From Escherichia coli (GTDB taxonomy: Bacteria; Pseudomonadota; Gammaproteobacteria; Enterobacterales; Enterobacteriaceae), in assembly GCF_050320075.1 (NCBI RefSeq), contig NZ_CP190018.1: a stretch of DNA of 64,000 bases; one strand, 5' to 3'. Below, piece after piece: positions 30,784-42,040 of this stretch. The position numbers and the translations under genes were made by a program. Below the pieces are notes generated by a model. The model was given only the letters and a program-made list of their open reading frames with translations, was not told the origin of the DNA and did no database searches. Every line of letters begins with the position of its first letter. Position 1 is the stretch's first letter.

Positions 30784-32088
30784 TTAACGATCCCAGTAAG
30801 ACTCTTCCAGGCTGTCTTCACGCTCCGGCAAGCCGCGCGTTAAACGAGGTGAATGCTGGTTCAGTACCTGATAGCTCACACGGTTAGCATATTTACACAC
30901 CTGCGCTAATGACGAATACGTCAACCAGGTGAATTTATGTTTGCTGGAGTTTGGTACGTTGCTACGGTGGTAGCTGTTGGCGGTAATGTCATGCAGCAAC
31001 GCTGCCAGTGCGCCATCCCCCGCTCCATTAGTGTTCATGATTTTTTCCGGCCCGCCCATATACGGCGCAATGTGCGAATAGACACGCAACGGATTCTGGC
31101 AATCCTTGTGGCGCATGGCGCGGCTAAACTCATACTGGTTAAATTCCGCTATAGCGCCCGGCAGCAGCGGATGCTGGGTTTTACGTTTCGCTTCGTCTTC
31201 AGTAAAGCCCGCCATATACAAGCCGATTGGCCCGGCGGTGCACAGCACCAGATCAACCCAGTCCAGCGCCTTGTCAGATGCCAACAACGGATCGCTTTCT
31301 CCGGTCAACGCTTCGGCTTCATCTTCGTTCATCGCAAGGATAGAAACGTGGTCTTTGAGGAATTGCTGCCACCACTGCGGATTCTCGGCAATGACAAACT
31401 TGGTGCCCAGCGTCAGCACCACCGGTACGTTATATTTCTTCGCGTACTCAATGGCTTTCATGGTTGCTTCCGGCATGGGTTCACCCGGCTTGCAACGCAC
31501 CAGATAAGAAGTGAGAACCAGTGCCGAGGCTCCGGCAATCACATCTTCCGGAATACTTTCAGCCCGCAGCTGGTTCATGTGGCCAGGGCTGATAGCAAAG
31601 GTACGTTCCCCGGACTCGCCAATCAGCGTAAAGCAACGACCAATCGGGCCATCCACGCCTTGTAGATAGTTAAGATCGGTACGGCTGGAGGTGTTACACA
31701 GGTAACGATAGGCATAGCTGCCAATTTCAATATTGCTACACATGACGCCCAGCAGCACCGAACGGTCGTCCGCGAGCACCGAGTAGTTGTGCATGGTGTT
31801 ACCAATAGTGCCACCCGCAAATTGATGGGTAATCAGGTTTTTCTGTTTTAGTTCCTGATAAAGCGCTTCGGCTACGTCATCCTCAATCACCAGTGAATGC
31901 CCGGCGCTTAATCCATAACGCTCAATGAATTCGTCATCCACTTTCGCTTCAATATCGACCAGCGTTTGATCGATACCCACTACCCAGGCGGCGCTGGTTT
32001 CGTTTTCTGGCTGGAATTGCTGAAGCAGCGGATCGCGTGCATTTACAGGGAAGTAATGTTTGGATTTACGTTTACCGGGAAATTTCAT
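30784..32088 (-). CDS. gsk: Inosine-guanosine kinase
   Basis: 434-aa ORF, PfkB-family sugar kinase fold with N-terminal extension; starts MKFPGKRKSKHYFPV. Confidence 0.95.
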   Translation of the reverse strand: MKFPGKRKSKHYFPVNARDPLLQQFQPENETSAAWVVGIDQTLVDIEAKVDDEFIERYGLSAGHSLVIEDDVAEALYQELKQKNLITHQFAGGTIGNTMHNYSVLADDRSVLLGVMCSNIEIGSYAYRYLCNTSSRTDLNYLQGVDGPIGRCFTLIGESGERTFAISPGHMNQLRAESIPEDVIAGASALVLTSYLVRCKPGEPMPEATMKAIEYAKKYNVPVVLTLGTKFVIAENPQWWQQFLKDHVSILAMNEDEAEALTGESDPLLASDKALDWVDLVLCTAGPIGLYMAGFTEDEAKRKTQHPLLPGAIAEFNQYEFSRAMRHKDCQNPLRVYSHIAPYMGGPEKIMNTNGAGDGALAALLHDITANSYHRSNVPNSSKHKFTWLTYSSLAQVCKYANRVSYQVLNQHSPRLTRGLPEREDSLEESYWDR

Positions 32089-32239
32089 GGTTGTTTTTAC
32101 GGGTGGTTAACTGAGCGGCGAATGTTAACACAATCTGACGGGAGCGCGCGAGACGCAGCCAGTTTCAATATCAGCAGGCGGGATCGCATTTTCATGGCAG
32201 TGGTTCCTTACAATGACGTAATTTGAAAGGAGTTTTTGC

Positions 32240-33199
32240 ATGAAGCTGGAAAACAAATTACCCGTTCTGGACCTTATTTCTGCTGAAATGAAGACCGTTG
32301 TGAATACTCTTCAGCCGGATTTACCGCCCTGGCCCGCAACGGGAACGATTGCTGAGCAACGACAGTATTACACGCTTGAGCGCCGATTCTGGAATGCGGG
32401 CGCTCCAGAAATGGCAACCAGAGCTTACATGGTTCCAACAAAATATGGGCAGGTGGAAACACGTCTCTTTTGTCCGCAGCCAGATAGCCCAGCGACGCTA
32501 TTTTATTTGCATGGAGGCGGTTTTATTCTCGGCAATCTCGATACCCACGATCGCATCATGCGCCTGCTGGCAAGCTACAGCCAATGTACGGTGATTGGTA
32601 TTGATTACACCCTTTCACCTGAAGCGCGTTTTCCGCAAGCGATAGAGGAAATTGTGGCTGCTTGTTGTTATTTCCACCAGCAGGCGGAGGATTATCAAAT
32701 CAATATGTCCCGCATTGGCTTTGCCGGTGATTCCGCAGGTGCCATGCTGGCGCTCGCCAGTGCGTTGTGGTTGCGTGATAAACAGATCGATTGCGGTAAA
32801 GTTGCGGGCGTTTTGCTGTGGTATGGGCTTTACGGATTACGGGATTCCGTGACTCGTCGTCTGTTGGGCGGTGTCTGGGATGGCTTAACGCAACAGGATT
32901 TACAGATGTATGAAGAGGCGTATTTAAGCAACGACGCGGACCGCGAGTCGCCGTATTACTGCCTGTTTAATAATGATCTCACTCGCGAAGTTCCGCCCTG
33001 TTTTATTGCCGGGGCGGAGTTCGATCCGCTGCTGGATGACAGCCGTCTGCTTTACCAGACGTTAGCGGCGCATCAGCAGCCCTGTGAGTTCAAACTCTAC
33101 CCAGGCACGCTGCACGCCTTTTTGCATTATTCACGGATGATGAAAACCGCCGACGAGGCTCTTCGCGACGGCGCTCAGTTCTTTACCGCTCAGCTTTAG
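32240..33199 (+). CDS. aes: Acetyl esterase
   Basis: 319-aa ORF with HGGGF oxyanion-hole motif and GDSAG nucleophile elbow (HSL-family alpha/beta hydrolase). Confidence 0.92.
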
Positions 33200-34158
33200 C
33201 GATACGCGGCAACAAGATTAGCCATCATCTCGATATGTTCCGGAGTGGCATTAAGCGCCGGAATATATTCATATTTTTTCCCGCCCGCACCGAGGAAGAC
33301 CTCACGGTTTTGCTCGGCAATCTCTTCCAGCGTCTCCAGACAATCCGCAGCAAAGCCCGGGCACATCACCTGAATATGACCTACGCCTTTTTCTCCGAGC
33401 ATTTTCAGCGTTTCGTCGGTATAAGGCATCAGCCAGGGTTCCCGCCCAAAGCGCGACTGAAAGGTCATCATCACTTTTTCCGGTGCCATCCCCAGTGCGG
33501 AAGCCAGTTCGCGAGTCGTTGTGCGGCAACGTTGCGGATAATCATCGCCTTCATCTGCATAACGCTGGGGAATGCCATGATAAGAGAGCAGCAGCAGATC
33601 CGGTTCGCCATGTTTAGCGAAAGAAGCACGTACGCTGTTCGCCAGTGCATTAATGTAATCGTGGTTATCGGCGTAATCACGAATAAACGATATCCCCGGA
33701 ATGCTACGTTTGCGCGCCAGAATGCGTGCCAGTTCATCCCATACCGCACCGACCGTTGAACAGGAGTATTGCGGATAAAGCGGCAGTACCACAATATGAT
33801 CTACATGCTCTGCCAGGAGTTCATCTACGGCGCTTTCCAGTGATGGCGAGCCGTAGCTCATTCCCAGCGCTACGGGCGTCTCCGGTAAACGTTGTGCCAG
33901 CGCCTGCTGTTGCTGGCGGCTGTAAACCATCAGCGGCGAGCCACCCTCCATCCAGACAGAGGCATACAGCTTCGCCACACGCGGCGAGCGCAGTGGCAAA
34001 ATCACGCCGCGCAGCAATGGCCACCATAACAACCGTGAGGTATCAACCACGCGTCTGTCGCTTAAAAATTGTTTCAGATAGCGTTTTACCGCTTCAGGTG
34101 TGGGGGCATCGGGCGTACCCAGGTTTGCTAGCAGGATACCGGTTTTAGTCTGACGCAT
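33196..34158 (-). CDS. hemH: Ferrochelatase
   Basis: 320-aa ORF, ferrochelatase family; its stop overlaps the aes stop by 4 nt (convergent). Confidence 0.95.
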
Positions 34159-34289
34159 TACCGCCTCTTATCGATTCAACTTGTTGATAATTGTAGCGGA
34201 AAAGTGAAGAAGAAGAACTAATTGCTGTGAGAGGTATTGCCTGAGGAGAATGAGCAGACCTGCCCGAAAGCAGATCTGCTGCGGCTTGA

Positions 34290-35006
<717 letters not shown>

Positions 35007-35114
35007 TCAAGAAAGGCACCTGGGGCTGAAACGGTTAATGGCGAGATAATTTGCGGAAAGTGCAGATAATGAAAAGAAAAATGCCGGATGACACGAAGGT
35101 CATCCGGCATGACA

Positions 35115-36989
35115 TCAGGAAACCAGCAGCTGGTTCATACGACGAATAAACAGGTTCGGATCTTCCAGCGTGCCGCGTTCTGCCAGCAGCGCCTGATCCA
35201 GCAGCAGTTCTACCCACTCGCTGAACTTCGCTTCATCTTCAGTATCTGCCGCACGTTTCACCAGTACGTGATCCGGGTTCAGTTCAAAGATGTATTTCAC
35301 TTCTGGCACTTTCTGGCCCGCCGCAGCGAACAGTTTCGCCATCTGGGTGCTCATTTCGTCCGCATCGGTAGAGACAATCGCTGGCGTATCGGTCAGACGG
35401 TGAGTCAGACGGACATCTTTCACACGCTCGCCGAGCAGGGCTTTCACACGGTCGATGAACGGAGTCAGTGCTTTCTCCGCTTCTTTCGCGCTCTCATCAA
35501 CTTCGTCAGCCAGTTTTTCCAGCGACTCGTCAACTTTAGACACCGACTGGAACGGTTTACCGTCGAACTCAGTCAGATAGTTCATCATCCACTCATCGAT
35601 GCGGTCGGAAAGCAGCAGAACTTCGATGCCTTTCTTACGCAGCAGTTCCAGGTGCGGGCTGCTCTTCGCTGCCGCATAGCTGTCTGCGGTAATGTAGTAG
35701 ATTTTCTCCTGCCCTTCTTTCATGCGGGAAACGTAGTCTTCCAGAGACACGGTCTGCGCAGAAGAATCGGTATGGGTAGAAGCAAAACGCAGCAGTTTGG
35801 CGATCGCTTCCTGGTTAGCGAAATCTTCCGCCGGACCTTCTTTCAGTACCAGGCCAAACTGTTGCCAGAAGGTCTGGTATTTTTCCGCGTCGTCTTTCGC
35901 CAGTTTTTCCAGCATTTGCAGCACACGCTTGGTCAGCGCATTGCGCAGGTTACGCGTTACCGTGCTGTCCTGGAGGATTTCACGGGAAACGTTCAGCGGC
36001 AGATCGCTGGAGTCAATCAGACCACGCACGAAGCGCAGATAGTTCGGCATGAACTGTTCTGCGTCGTCCATGATGAACACACGCTGAACATACAGTTTCA
36101 GACCGTGTTTATGATCGCGGTTCCACATATCCCACGGTGCCTGAGACGGAATGTACAGCAGGCTGGTGTACTCCTGCTTACCTTCAACGCGGTTGTGGCT
36201 CCAAGTCAGCGGATCGTTAAAGTCGTGGGCGATGTGTTTGTAGAACTCTTTGTACTCTTCATCGGTGATTTCCGACTTGTTACGAGTCCACAGCGCCTGC
36301 GCTTTGTTGATTTTTTCCCAAGAGATAACGGTTTCGCCGTCTTTCTCTTCGCGTTTTTCGATCTCTACCGGCAGCGCGATATGGTCGGAGTATTTGCTGA
36401 TGATGGAACGCACGCGCCAGTCATCGAGGAACTCGTCTTCGCCTTCACGCAGATGCAGGGTGATTTCAGTACCACGATCTTCTTTGGTGATGTCGGCAAC
36501 GGTGTATTCACCTTCACCAGCCGATTCCCAGAAAACACCGTTTTCTGGTTTTTCGCCTGCCGCGCGAGTACGCACGGTCACTTTGTCGGCCACGATAAAC
36601 GCAGAGTAGAAACCAACACCAAACTGACCGATCAGCTGGCTGTCTTTCGCCTGGTCAGAACCCAGGGATTCGAGGAATGATTTGGTGCCGGATTTAGCGA
36701 TAGTCCCCAGATGGTCAATCACTTCGTCGCGGGTCATCCCTACGCCGTTATCGGAGATGGTCAGCGTACGCTTGTCTTTATCGAAAGAGACACGAACGCG
36801 CAGTTCGCCATCACCTTCGTACAGGTCCGGGTTAGAGAGCGCGCGGAAACGCAGCTTGTCCGCCGCATCGGAGGCGTTAGAGATAAGCTCACGCAGGAAG
36901 ATTTCTTTATTGGAATAGAGAGAATGGATCATCAGGTGCAGAAGCTGTTTCACTTCTGACTGAAAACCACGAGTTTCTTGTCCTTTCAT
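35115..36989 (-). CDS. htpG: Hsp90-family molecular chaperone
   Basis: 624-aa ORF with N-terminal GHKL ATPase motifs ([14 protein letters not shown]). Confidence 0.97.
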   Translation of the reverse strand: MKGQETRGFQSEVKQLLHLMIHSLYSNKEIFLRELISNASDAADKLRFRALSNPDLYEGDGELRVRVSFDKDKRTLTISDNGVGMTRDEVIDHLGTIAKSGTKSFLESLGSDQAKDSQLIGQFGVGFYSAFIVADKVTVRTRAAGEKPENGVFWESAGEGEYTVADITKEDRGTEITLHLREGEDEFLDDWRVRSIISKYSDHIALPVEIEKREEKDGETVISWEKINKAQALWTRNKSEITDEEYKEFYKHIAHDFNDPLTWSHNRVEGKQEYTSLLYIPSQAPWDMWNRDHKHGLKLYVQRVFIMDDAEQFMPNYLRFVRGLIDSSDLPLNVSREILQDSTVTRNLRNALTKRVLQMLEKLAKDDAEKYQTFWQQFGLVLKEGPAEDFANQEAIAKLLRFASTHTDSSAQTVSLEDYVSRMKEGQEKIYYITADSYAAAKSSPHLELLRKKGIEVLLLSDRIDEWMMNYLTEFDGKPFQSVSKVDESLEKLADEVDESAKEAEKALTPFIDRVKALLGERVKDVRLTHRLTDTPAIVSTDADEMSTQMAKLFAAAGQKVPEVKYIFELNPDHVLVKRAADTEDEAKFSEWVELLLDQALLAERGTLEDPNLFIRRMNQLLVS

Positions 36990-37040
36990 GTAGGTCTACC
37001 TCAATAATGCCATTTTAAGGTTAAAAACAGGATGTGGGAG

Positions 37041-37070
37041 AGATGGGGACAAGGGAGAATAATTTCAAGC
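37041..37070 (-). promoter_or_regulatory. Sigma32 heat-shock promoter of htpG
   Basis: Minus strand reads CTTGAAA - 14 nt - CCCCATCT, matching the sigma32 -35/-10 consensus, about 50 bp upstream of the htpG ATG. Confidence 0.7.
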
Positions 37071-37098
37071 GAGAGCAGGTGATCCTGCTCTCGTTTGC

Positions 37099-37703
37099 TT
37101 AAAAACGAATCTTATGACGCCCGGCAAGGGAGTGTGACAGCGTGGTGCCATCGACCATTTCCAGTTCGCCGCCAACCGGTACGCCATGAGCGATTCGGCT
37201 GGCTTCCACGTCATATTGCGCGCAAAGCTCGGCAATGTAGTTAGCGGTAGCTTCACCTTCAACAGTGGGGTTGGTGGCGAGGATCACTTCAGTGATTTTT
37301 TCCTCTGCCAGACGCTGTTCCAGACGATCAAGGCCGATATCATCCGGACCGATGCCGTCCAGCGGTGACAGGTGCCCCATCAACACAAAATAACGGCCTG
37401 AAAACTGCCCCGTCTGCTCAATGGCGTAGATGTCCGCCGGACTCTCCACCACGCAGATTTGACCGTTTTCCTGACGACGCGGATTCGAACAGATGTTACA
37501 GACTTCCTGTTCGGTGAAGGTGCGGCAATCGGCGCAGTGGCCGATTTCCGACATCGCCCGGGTGAGCGCCTGCGCCAGACGCATCCCGCCGCTACGATCG
37601 CGCTGAAGCAGCGTGAACGCCATACGCTGCGCCGACTTCGGGCCAACGCCCGGCAGACAGCGCAGTGCTTCCATAAGCTGTGTTAACAGCGGGCTGGTTT
37701 GCA

Positions 37704-37704
<1 letters not shown>
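37099..37704 (-). CDS. recR: Recombination protein RecR
   Basis: 201-aa ORF with C4 zinc finger ([16 protein letters not shown]) and Toprim domain; start overlaps the ybaB stop. Confidence 0.95.
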
Positions 37705-38048
<344 letters not shown>

Positions 38049-38085
38049 TCACGTTAAGGATGACGAACGTAAGCTGTGCTTACGA

Positions 38086-40017
38086 TCAAATGGGGCGGAT
38101 ACTTTCTTCATCCAGCTCCGCATCGAAGAACCGACGCAGGGTCTGAATATTATTATCCGCAATAATGGACTCGCGCGCCTGCGCAAGTTTTTCTTCGTAT
38201 ATCGCCTGACGCCATTCCAGCGGCGTACGCACCGCGGGATTATCATCTTCAACGATAGTCAGTTCAACCGTTGAACCTTTTAACATGCTCAACGCTTCAG
38301 CCAGTTTTTGCTGTGCGCCGCGGTTGTTCAAATGCCGCTGAGAGGAGCGCAAATGCAGACATACTGCGTTGTCGCTCTCCTCTTTCCAGGCATTTAACGC
38401 CACCTGTTCGACCAGTTTTGGTAGCGAAAGTTGACTCACCTGAGCCGCCCACGGGTCGCGCTCAATGGCTTCTGCCGCCAGCTTCGCCGCCAGTTCCGGC
38501 GTTTTTTCATGTTCCAGCGCTTTTTTCAGCGCCTTCGGCGTAGCGACCACTTCTTTTTGCTGCATCACTGGAGTGGTGGCCTTCCAGCGATACGCTTCTT
38601 TTTTGGCTGGCGCTTTTTCCAGCGCCGATGGCACCGGACGCGCCTGAACGCGATCGGTGACCGAAGCCAGTCTTTCCAGCGCAGCGTTATTCACCGGCCG
38701 CGCGCGGGTAGCGGCTGCCGGTTCACTCTTTTTTGCTTTGGTTGCTCCCTGCACGCGCTGCAACTGCTGGCGCGCCGCCAGCACCTGGCTGGTGGTTTCC
38801 GGGAGCGGTACAGTCGGTGCCTGCTGCGGCGCTGATTGCGGTTGCGGCGGCACCTGGGTTGGCGTCATTACTGCCGTTGGCGCGACGGGCGCAAAGGACT
38901 GGCGTGGCACTTCTGGCTCAGGCAGCGGCATACGCGGATGGAACGCCAGCGCGCGCAACAGCGTCATCTCAACGCCCATACGGCGGTCTGGCGCATACGG
39001 TAATTCTTTGCGACCAATCAACAGCGTCTGATAGTAAAGCTGAATATCCGTCGGCGGTATGGTGCGCGCCAGTTCACGCATCCGCAGCTCGATAGCGGCC
39101 ATGTCGTTGCCAAGTGCAGCAGGCGAAAGTTGTACCATCGCAATACGATGCAACAGGCCGAGCATTTCCACCAGCAACGCTTCCCACTCGATACCACGGG
39201 CAGCGGCTTCATTAATCAGTGCCATTACGCGCTCGCCGTTGGCCTCGATCATCGCTTCAACCAGCGACAGCGCCTGATCGTCGTCAAGCGTACCCAGCAT
39301 CGCACTGACCGCCTGAGTTGAAACCTGGCCGTCACCGCTGGCAATCGCCTGGTCGGTCAGACTTAAGGCATCTCGCAGGCTGCCTTCAGCGGCGCGTGCC
39401 AGCAATTGCAGCGCCCGCGGCTCGTGAGCGATATGTTCTTCGTTGAGGATGTGCTCAAGCTGATGGCGAATTTGCTCGACATCCAGCGCCTTGAGATGAA
39501 ATTGCAGACAACGTGACAAAATCGTCACCGGCAATTTCTGCGGATCGGTCGTCGCCAGCAGAAACTTAACGTGCTCTGGCGGCTCTTCAAGGGTTTTTAA
39601 CAGTGCGTTAAAGCTGTGGCGCGACAGCATATGCACTTCGTCGATCAGATAAACTTTGAAACGACCACGCGCCGGAGCGTACTGGACGTTATCCAGCAGG
39701 TCGCGAGTGTCTTCAACTTTAGTGCGCGAGGCGGCATCGATTTCAATCAGATCGACAAAGCGCCCCTGCTCGATTTCACGACAGTTATCGCACACGCCGC
39801 ACGGCGTCGCGGTAATGCCGGTTTCGCAGTTTAGCCCCTTCGCCAGCAGTCGGGCGATAGAGGTTTTTCCGACGCCACGGGTGCCGGAAAAAAGATAAGC
39901 ATGATGAATACGCCCTAACGACAAGCCGTTCGCCAGTGCGGTCAGCACATGTTCCTGGCCGACGACGTCAGCAAAGGTTTGTGGGCGCCATTTTCGGGCT
40001 AAGACCTGATAACTCAT
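38086..40017 (-). CDS. dnaX: DNA polymerase III subunits tau and gamma
   Basis: 643-aa ORF with AAA+ Walker A (GTRGVGKT); contains the frameshift site listed separately. Confidence 0.97.
   Translation of the reverse strand: MSYQVLARKWRPQTFADVVGQEHVLTALANGLSLGRIHHAYLFSGTRGVGKTSIARLLAKGLNCETGITATPCGVCDNCREIEQGRFVDLIEIDAASRTKVEDTRDLLDNVQYAPARGRFKVYLIDEVHMLSRHSFNALLKTLEEPPEHVKFLLATTDPQKLPVTILSRCLQFHLKALDVEQIRHQLEHILNEEHIAHEPRALQLLARAAEGSLRDALSLTDQAIASGDGQVSTQAVSAMLGTLDDDQALSLVEAMIEANGERVMALINEAAARGIEWEALLVEMLGLLHRIAMVQLSPAALGNDMAAIELRMRELARTIPPTDIQLYYQTLLIGRKELPYAPDRRMGVEMTLLRALAFHPRMPLPEPEVPRQSFAPVAPTAVMTPTQVPPQPQSAPQQAPTVPLPETTSQVLAARQQLQRVQGATKAKKSEPAAATRARPVNNAALERLASVTDRVQARPVPSALEKAPAKKEAYRWKATTPVMQQKEVVATPKALKKALEHEKTPELAAKLAAEAIERDPWAAQVSQLSLPKLVEQVALNAWKEESDNAVCLHLRSSQRHLNNRGAQQKLAEALSMLKGSTVELTIVEDDNPAVRTPLEWRQAIYEEKLAQARESIIADNNIQTLRRFFDAELDEESIRPI
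38690..38734 (-). other. dnaX programmed -1 ribosomal frameshift site (A AAA AAG heptamer plus downstream stem-loop) generating gamma
   Basis: Minus strand GCAAAAAAGAGTGAACCGGCAGCCGCTACCCGCGCGCGGCCGG; slippery heptamer at 38734-38728, an in-frame-after-shift UGA two codons later, and a GC-rich stem-loop immediately 3'. Encodes the ...KAKKSEPAAATRARPVN... segment. Confidence 0.85.
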
Positions 40018-40145
40018 TGGCAGGCTCTGAAACGCTGGAAGGTGGATTCACGAAGGGGTAATGCTAACACAGCCCCGTCAGAACGGCGAGGCTGAATGCA
40101 CATCTTGTGCTGTCCGTAGCGTGGGCAGCACAAGACTGGCGATAA

Positions 40146-40697
40146 TTAATGGCCCGGGAACGGAACAAGGCTGTAGCTGGTAATGCCCTGTTTTTCGAGA
40201 CGCTGTTCGCCGCCGAGATCGAACAGATTGATAATGAACGCAGCATCAGCCACTTCACCACCCAGACGACGGATCAGTTTAACGGTCGCTTCGATAGTGC
40301 CGCCGGTTGCCAGCAGATCGTCCACCACCAGAACTTTGTCGCCCGGTTTGATGGCATCAACGTGGATTTCCAGCTGATCGGTGCCGTATTCCAGATCGTA
40401 AGTTTCACTGATGGTTTCACGCGGCAGTTTGCCCGGTTTACGGACCGGTACAAAGCCAACGCCCAGACCCAGAGCTACCGGAGCGCCAAACAAGAAGCCA
40501 CGCGCTTCGGTGCCGACAACTTTGGTAATGCCCGCATTTTTGTAACGCTCAACCAGCAAGTCGATGCTGAGAGCGTAAGCTTTCGGGTCTTCCAGTAAGC
40601 TGGTGACATCACGGAAAAGAATGCCGGGTTTTGGGTAGTCCTGAATGCTTTTGATGCTATTTTTGAGATACTCAAGCTGCTGTGCAGTCGCGGTCAT
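40146..40697 (-). CDS. apt: Adenine phosphoribosyltransferase
   Basis: 183-aa product starting [30 protein letters not shown]; internal ATG at 40697. Confidence 0.93.
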
Positions 40698-40849
40698 AAG
40701 TGTATGCCTGCTTGTTACGGTGGTACTCACGGCGCGTTTTAAACGTATCAAAAGTAACAGTTGTTTAACCTTTGACCGCCTGCGCCTGTGCTCGAAAACG
40801 CCAGAATGTACTGGCTGTACGCAATAATTGCAACTGCGATTGTTGTGCT

Positions 40850-41227
40850 TCAGTGCTTTTCTTGCTTTTCATCAATCACCGGAATTCGCCACATATAAAA
40901 AAGCAAACAGGCGAGAATTACCAGCAACATGATGCGCACCCATGGCATCTGGACGAACCACAGAGAAATTGCAAACGTGAGCAAAATAAGCAAAATCGCC
41001 CGCGGTTTGACGCCGCGCGGCATCGCATGATGTTTCTGCCAGAAACGTAGATAGCTGCCAAACCATGAGCGGTACAGCAACCAGGCGTGAAAGCGCGGGG
41101 AAGAACGGGCAAAGCACCAGGCCGCCAGCAGGATAAACGGCGTCGTCGGTAATACCGGTAATACCACGCCCAGCGTACCCAGCACTACCGCCAGCCAGCC
41201 AATGATGATTAAAATGATTCGTTGCAT
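40850..41227 (-). CDS. ybaN: Inner membrane protein YbaN (DUF454)
   Basis: 125-aa hydrophobic ORF. Confidence 0.85.
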
Positions 41228-41296
41228 ATTGAGTGTTGTCAGCTTACAGAGTGGCTACTTTAGCATAACAATTATCATTTTCATTGAGGTCTTATC

Positions 41297-41824
41297 ATGA
41301 AAACCGCCCTGCTGCTGGAAAAACTGGAAGGACAGCTCGCCACGCTGCGCCAGCGTTGTGCCCCGGTAGCGCAATTTGCCACGCTAAGTGCCCGCTTTGA
41401 CAGGCACCTTTTTCAGACCCGTGCGACAACACTGCAGGCTTGTCTCGATGAGGCGGGCGATAACATGGCTGCGCTTCGTCATGCGGTTGAGCAGCAACAG
41501 CTGCCGCAAGTGGCCTGGCTGGCAGAACATCTGGCGGCGCAACTGGAGGCTATAGCGCGTGAAGCCACAGCCTGGTCGCTACGCGAGTGGGACAGTGCGC
41601 CACCGAAAATTGCCCGCTGGCAGCGTAAACGTATTCAGCATCAGGATTTTGAGCGGCGGCTACGTGAGATGGTAGCCGAACGTCGAGCCCGCCTGGCGCG
41701 GGTGACCGATCTCGTGGAACAGCAAACGCTGCATCGTGAAGTGGAAGCCTATGAAGCGCGCCTGGCACGCTGCCGCCATGCGCTGGAAAAAATCGAAAAC
41801 AGGCTAGCGCGCTTAACCCGCTAG
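41297..41824 (+). CDS. priC: Primosomal replication protein N'' (PriC)
   Basis: 175-aa basic, Arg/Ala-rich ORF beginning [20 protein letters not shown]. Confidence 0.9.
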   Translation: MKTALLLEKLEGQLATLRQRCAPVAQFATLSARFDRHLFQTRATTLQACLDEAGDNMAALRHAVEQQQLPQVAWLAEHLAAQLEAIAREATAWSLREWDSAPPKIARWQRKRIQHQDFERRLREMVAERRARLARVTDLVEQQTLHREVEAYEARLARCRHALEKIENRLARLTR

Positions 41825-41837
41825 CAATGGAGAGAGT

Positions 41838-42002
41838 ATGTCACTGGAAAATGCCCCTGACGATGTCAAACTGGCTGTCGATTTGATTGTGCTGCTGGAA
41901 GAAAATCAGATCCCAGCCCGCACCGTGCTGCGCGCGCTGGATATTGTGAAGCGTGATTATGAAAAGAAGTTACAGAGCGATGAGGCTTCGCAAAGCGAGT
42001 AA
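41838..42002 (+). CDS. ybaM: Small protein YbaM (DUF2496), about 54 codons
   Basis: Below the ORF-track size cutoff; ATG at 41838 preceded by GGAGAG; my translation gives [54 protein letters not shown], stop TAA at 42000-42002, followed by a hairpin. Confidence 0.7.
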   Translation: MSLENAPDDVKLAVDLIVLLEENQIPARTVLRALDIVKRDYEKKLQSDEASQSE

Positions 42003-42040
42003 AAAATAAAGGGCGGCATCACTGTCGCCCTTTATTGTCC

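Noticed and set aside
35088-36680. A 530-aa plus-strand ORF antisense to htpG
   Set aside because: It overlaps htpG, whose identity is unambiguous. The product is low-complexity (rich in F, R, Q, V), has no recognisable domain or obvious SD, and is typical of a shadow ORF on the antisense strand of a highly expressed gene.
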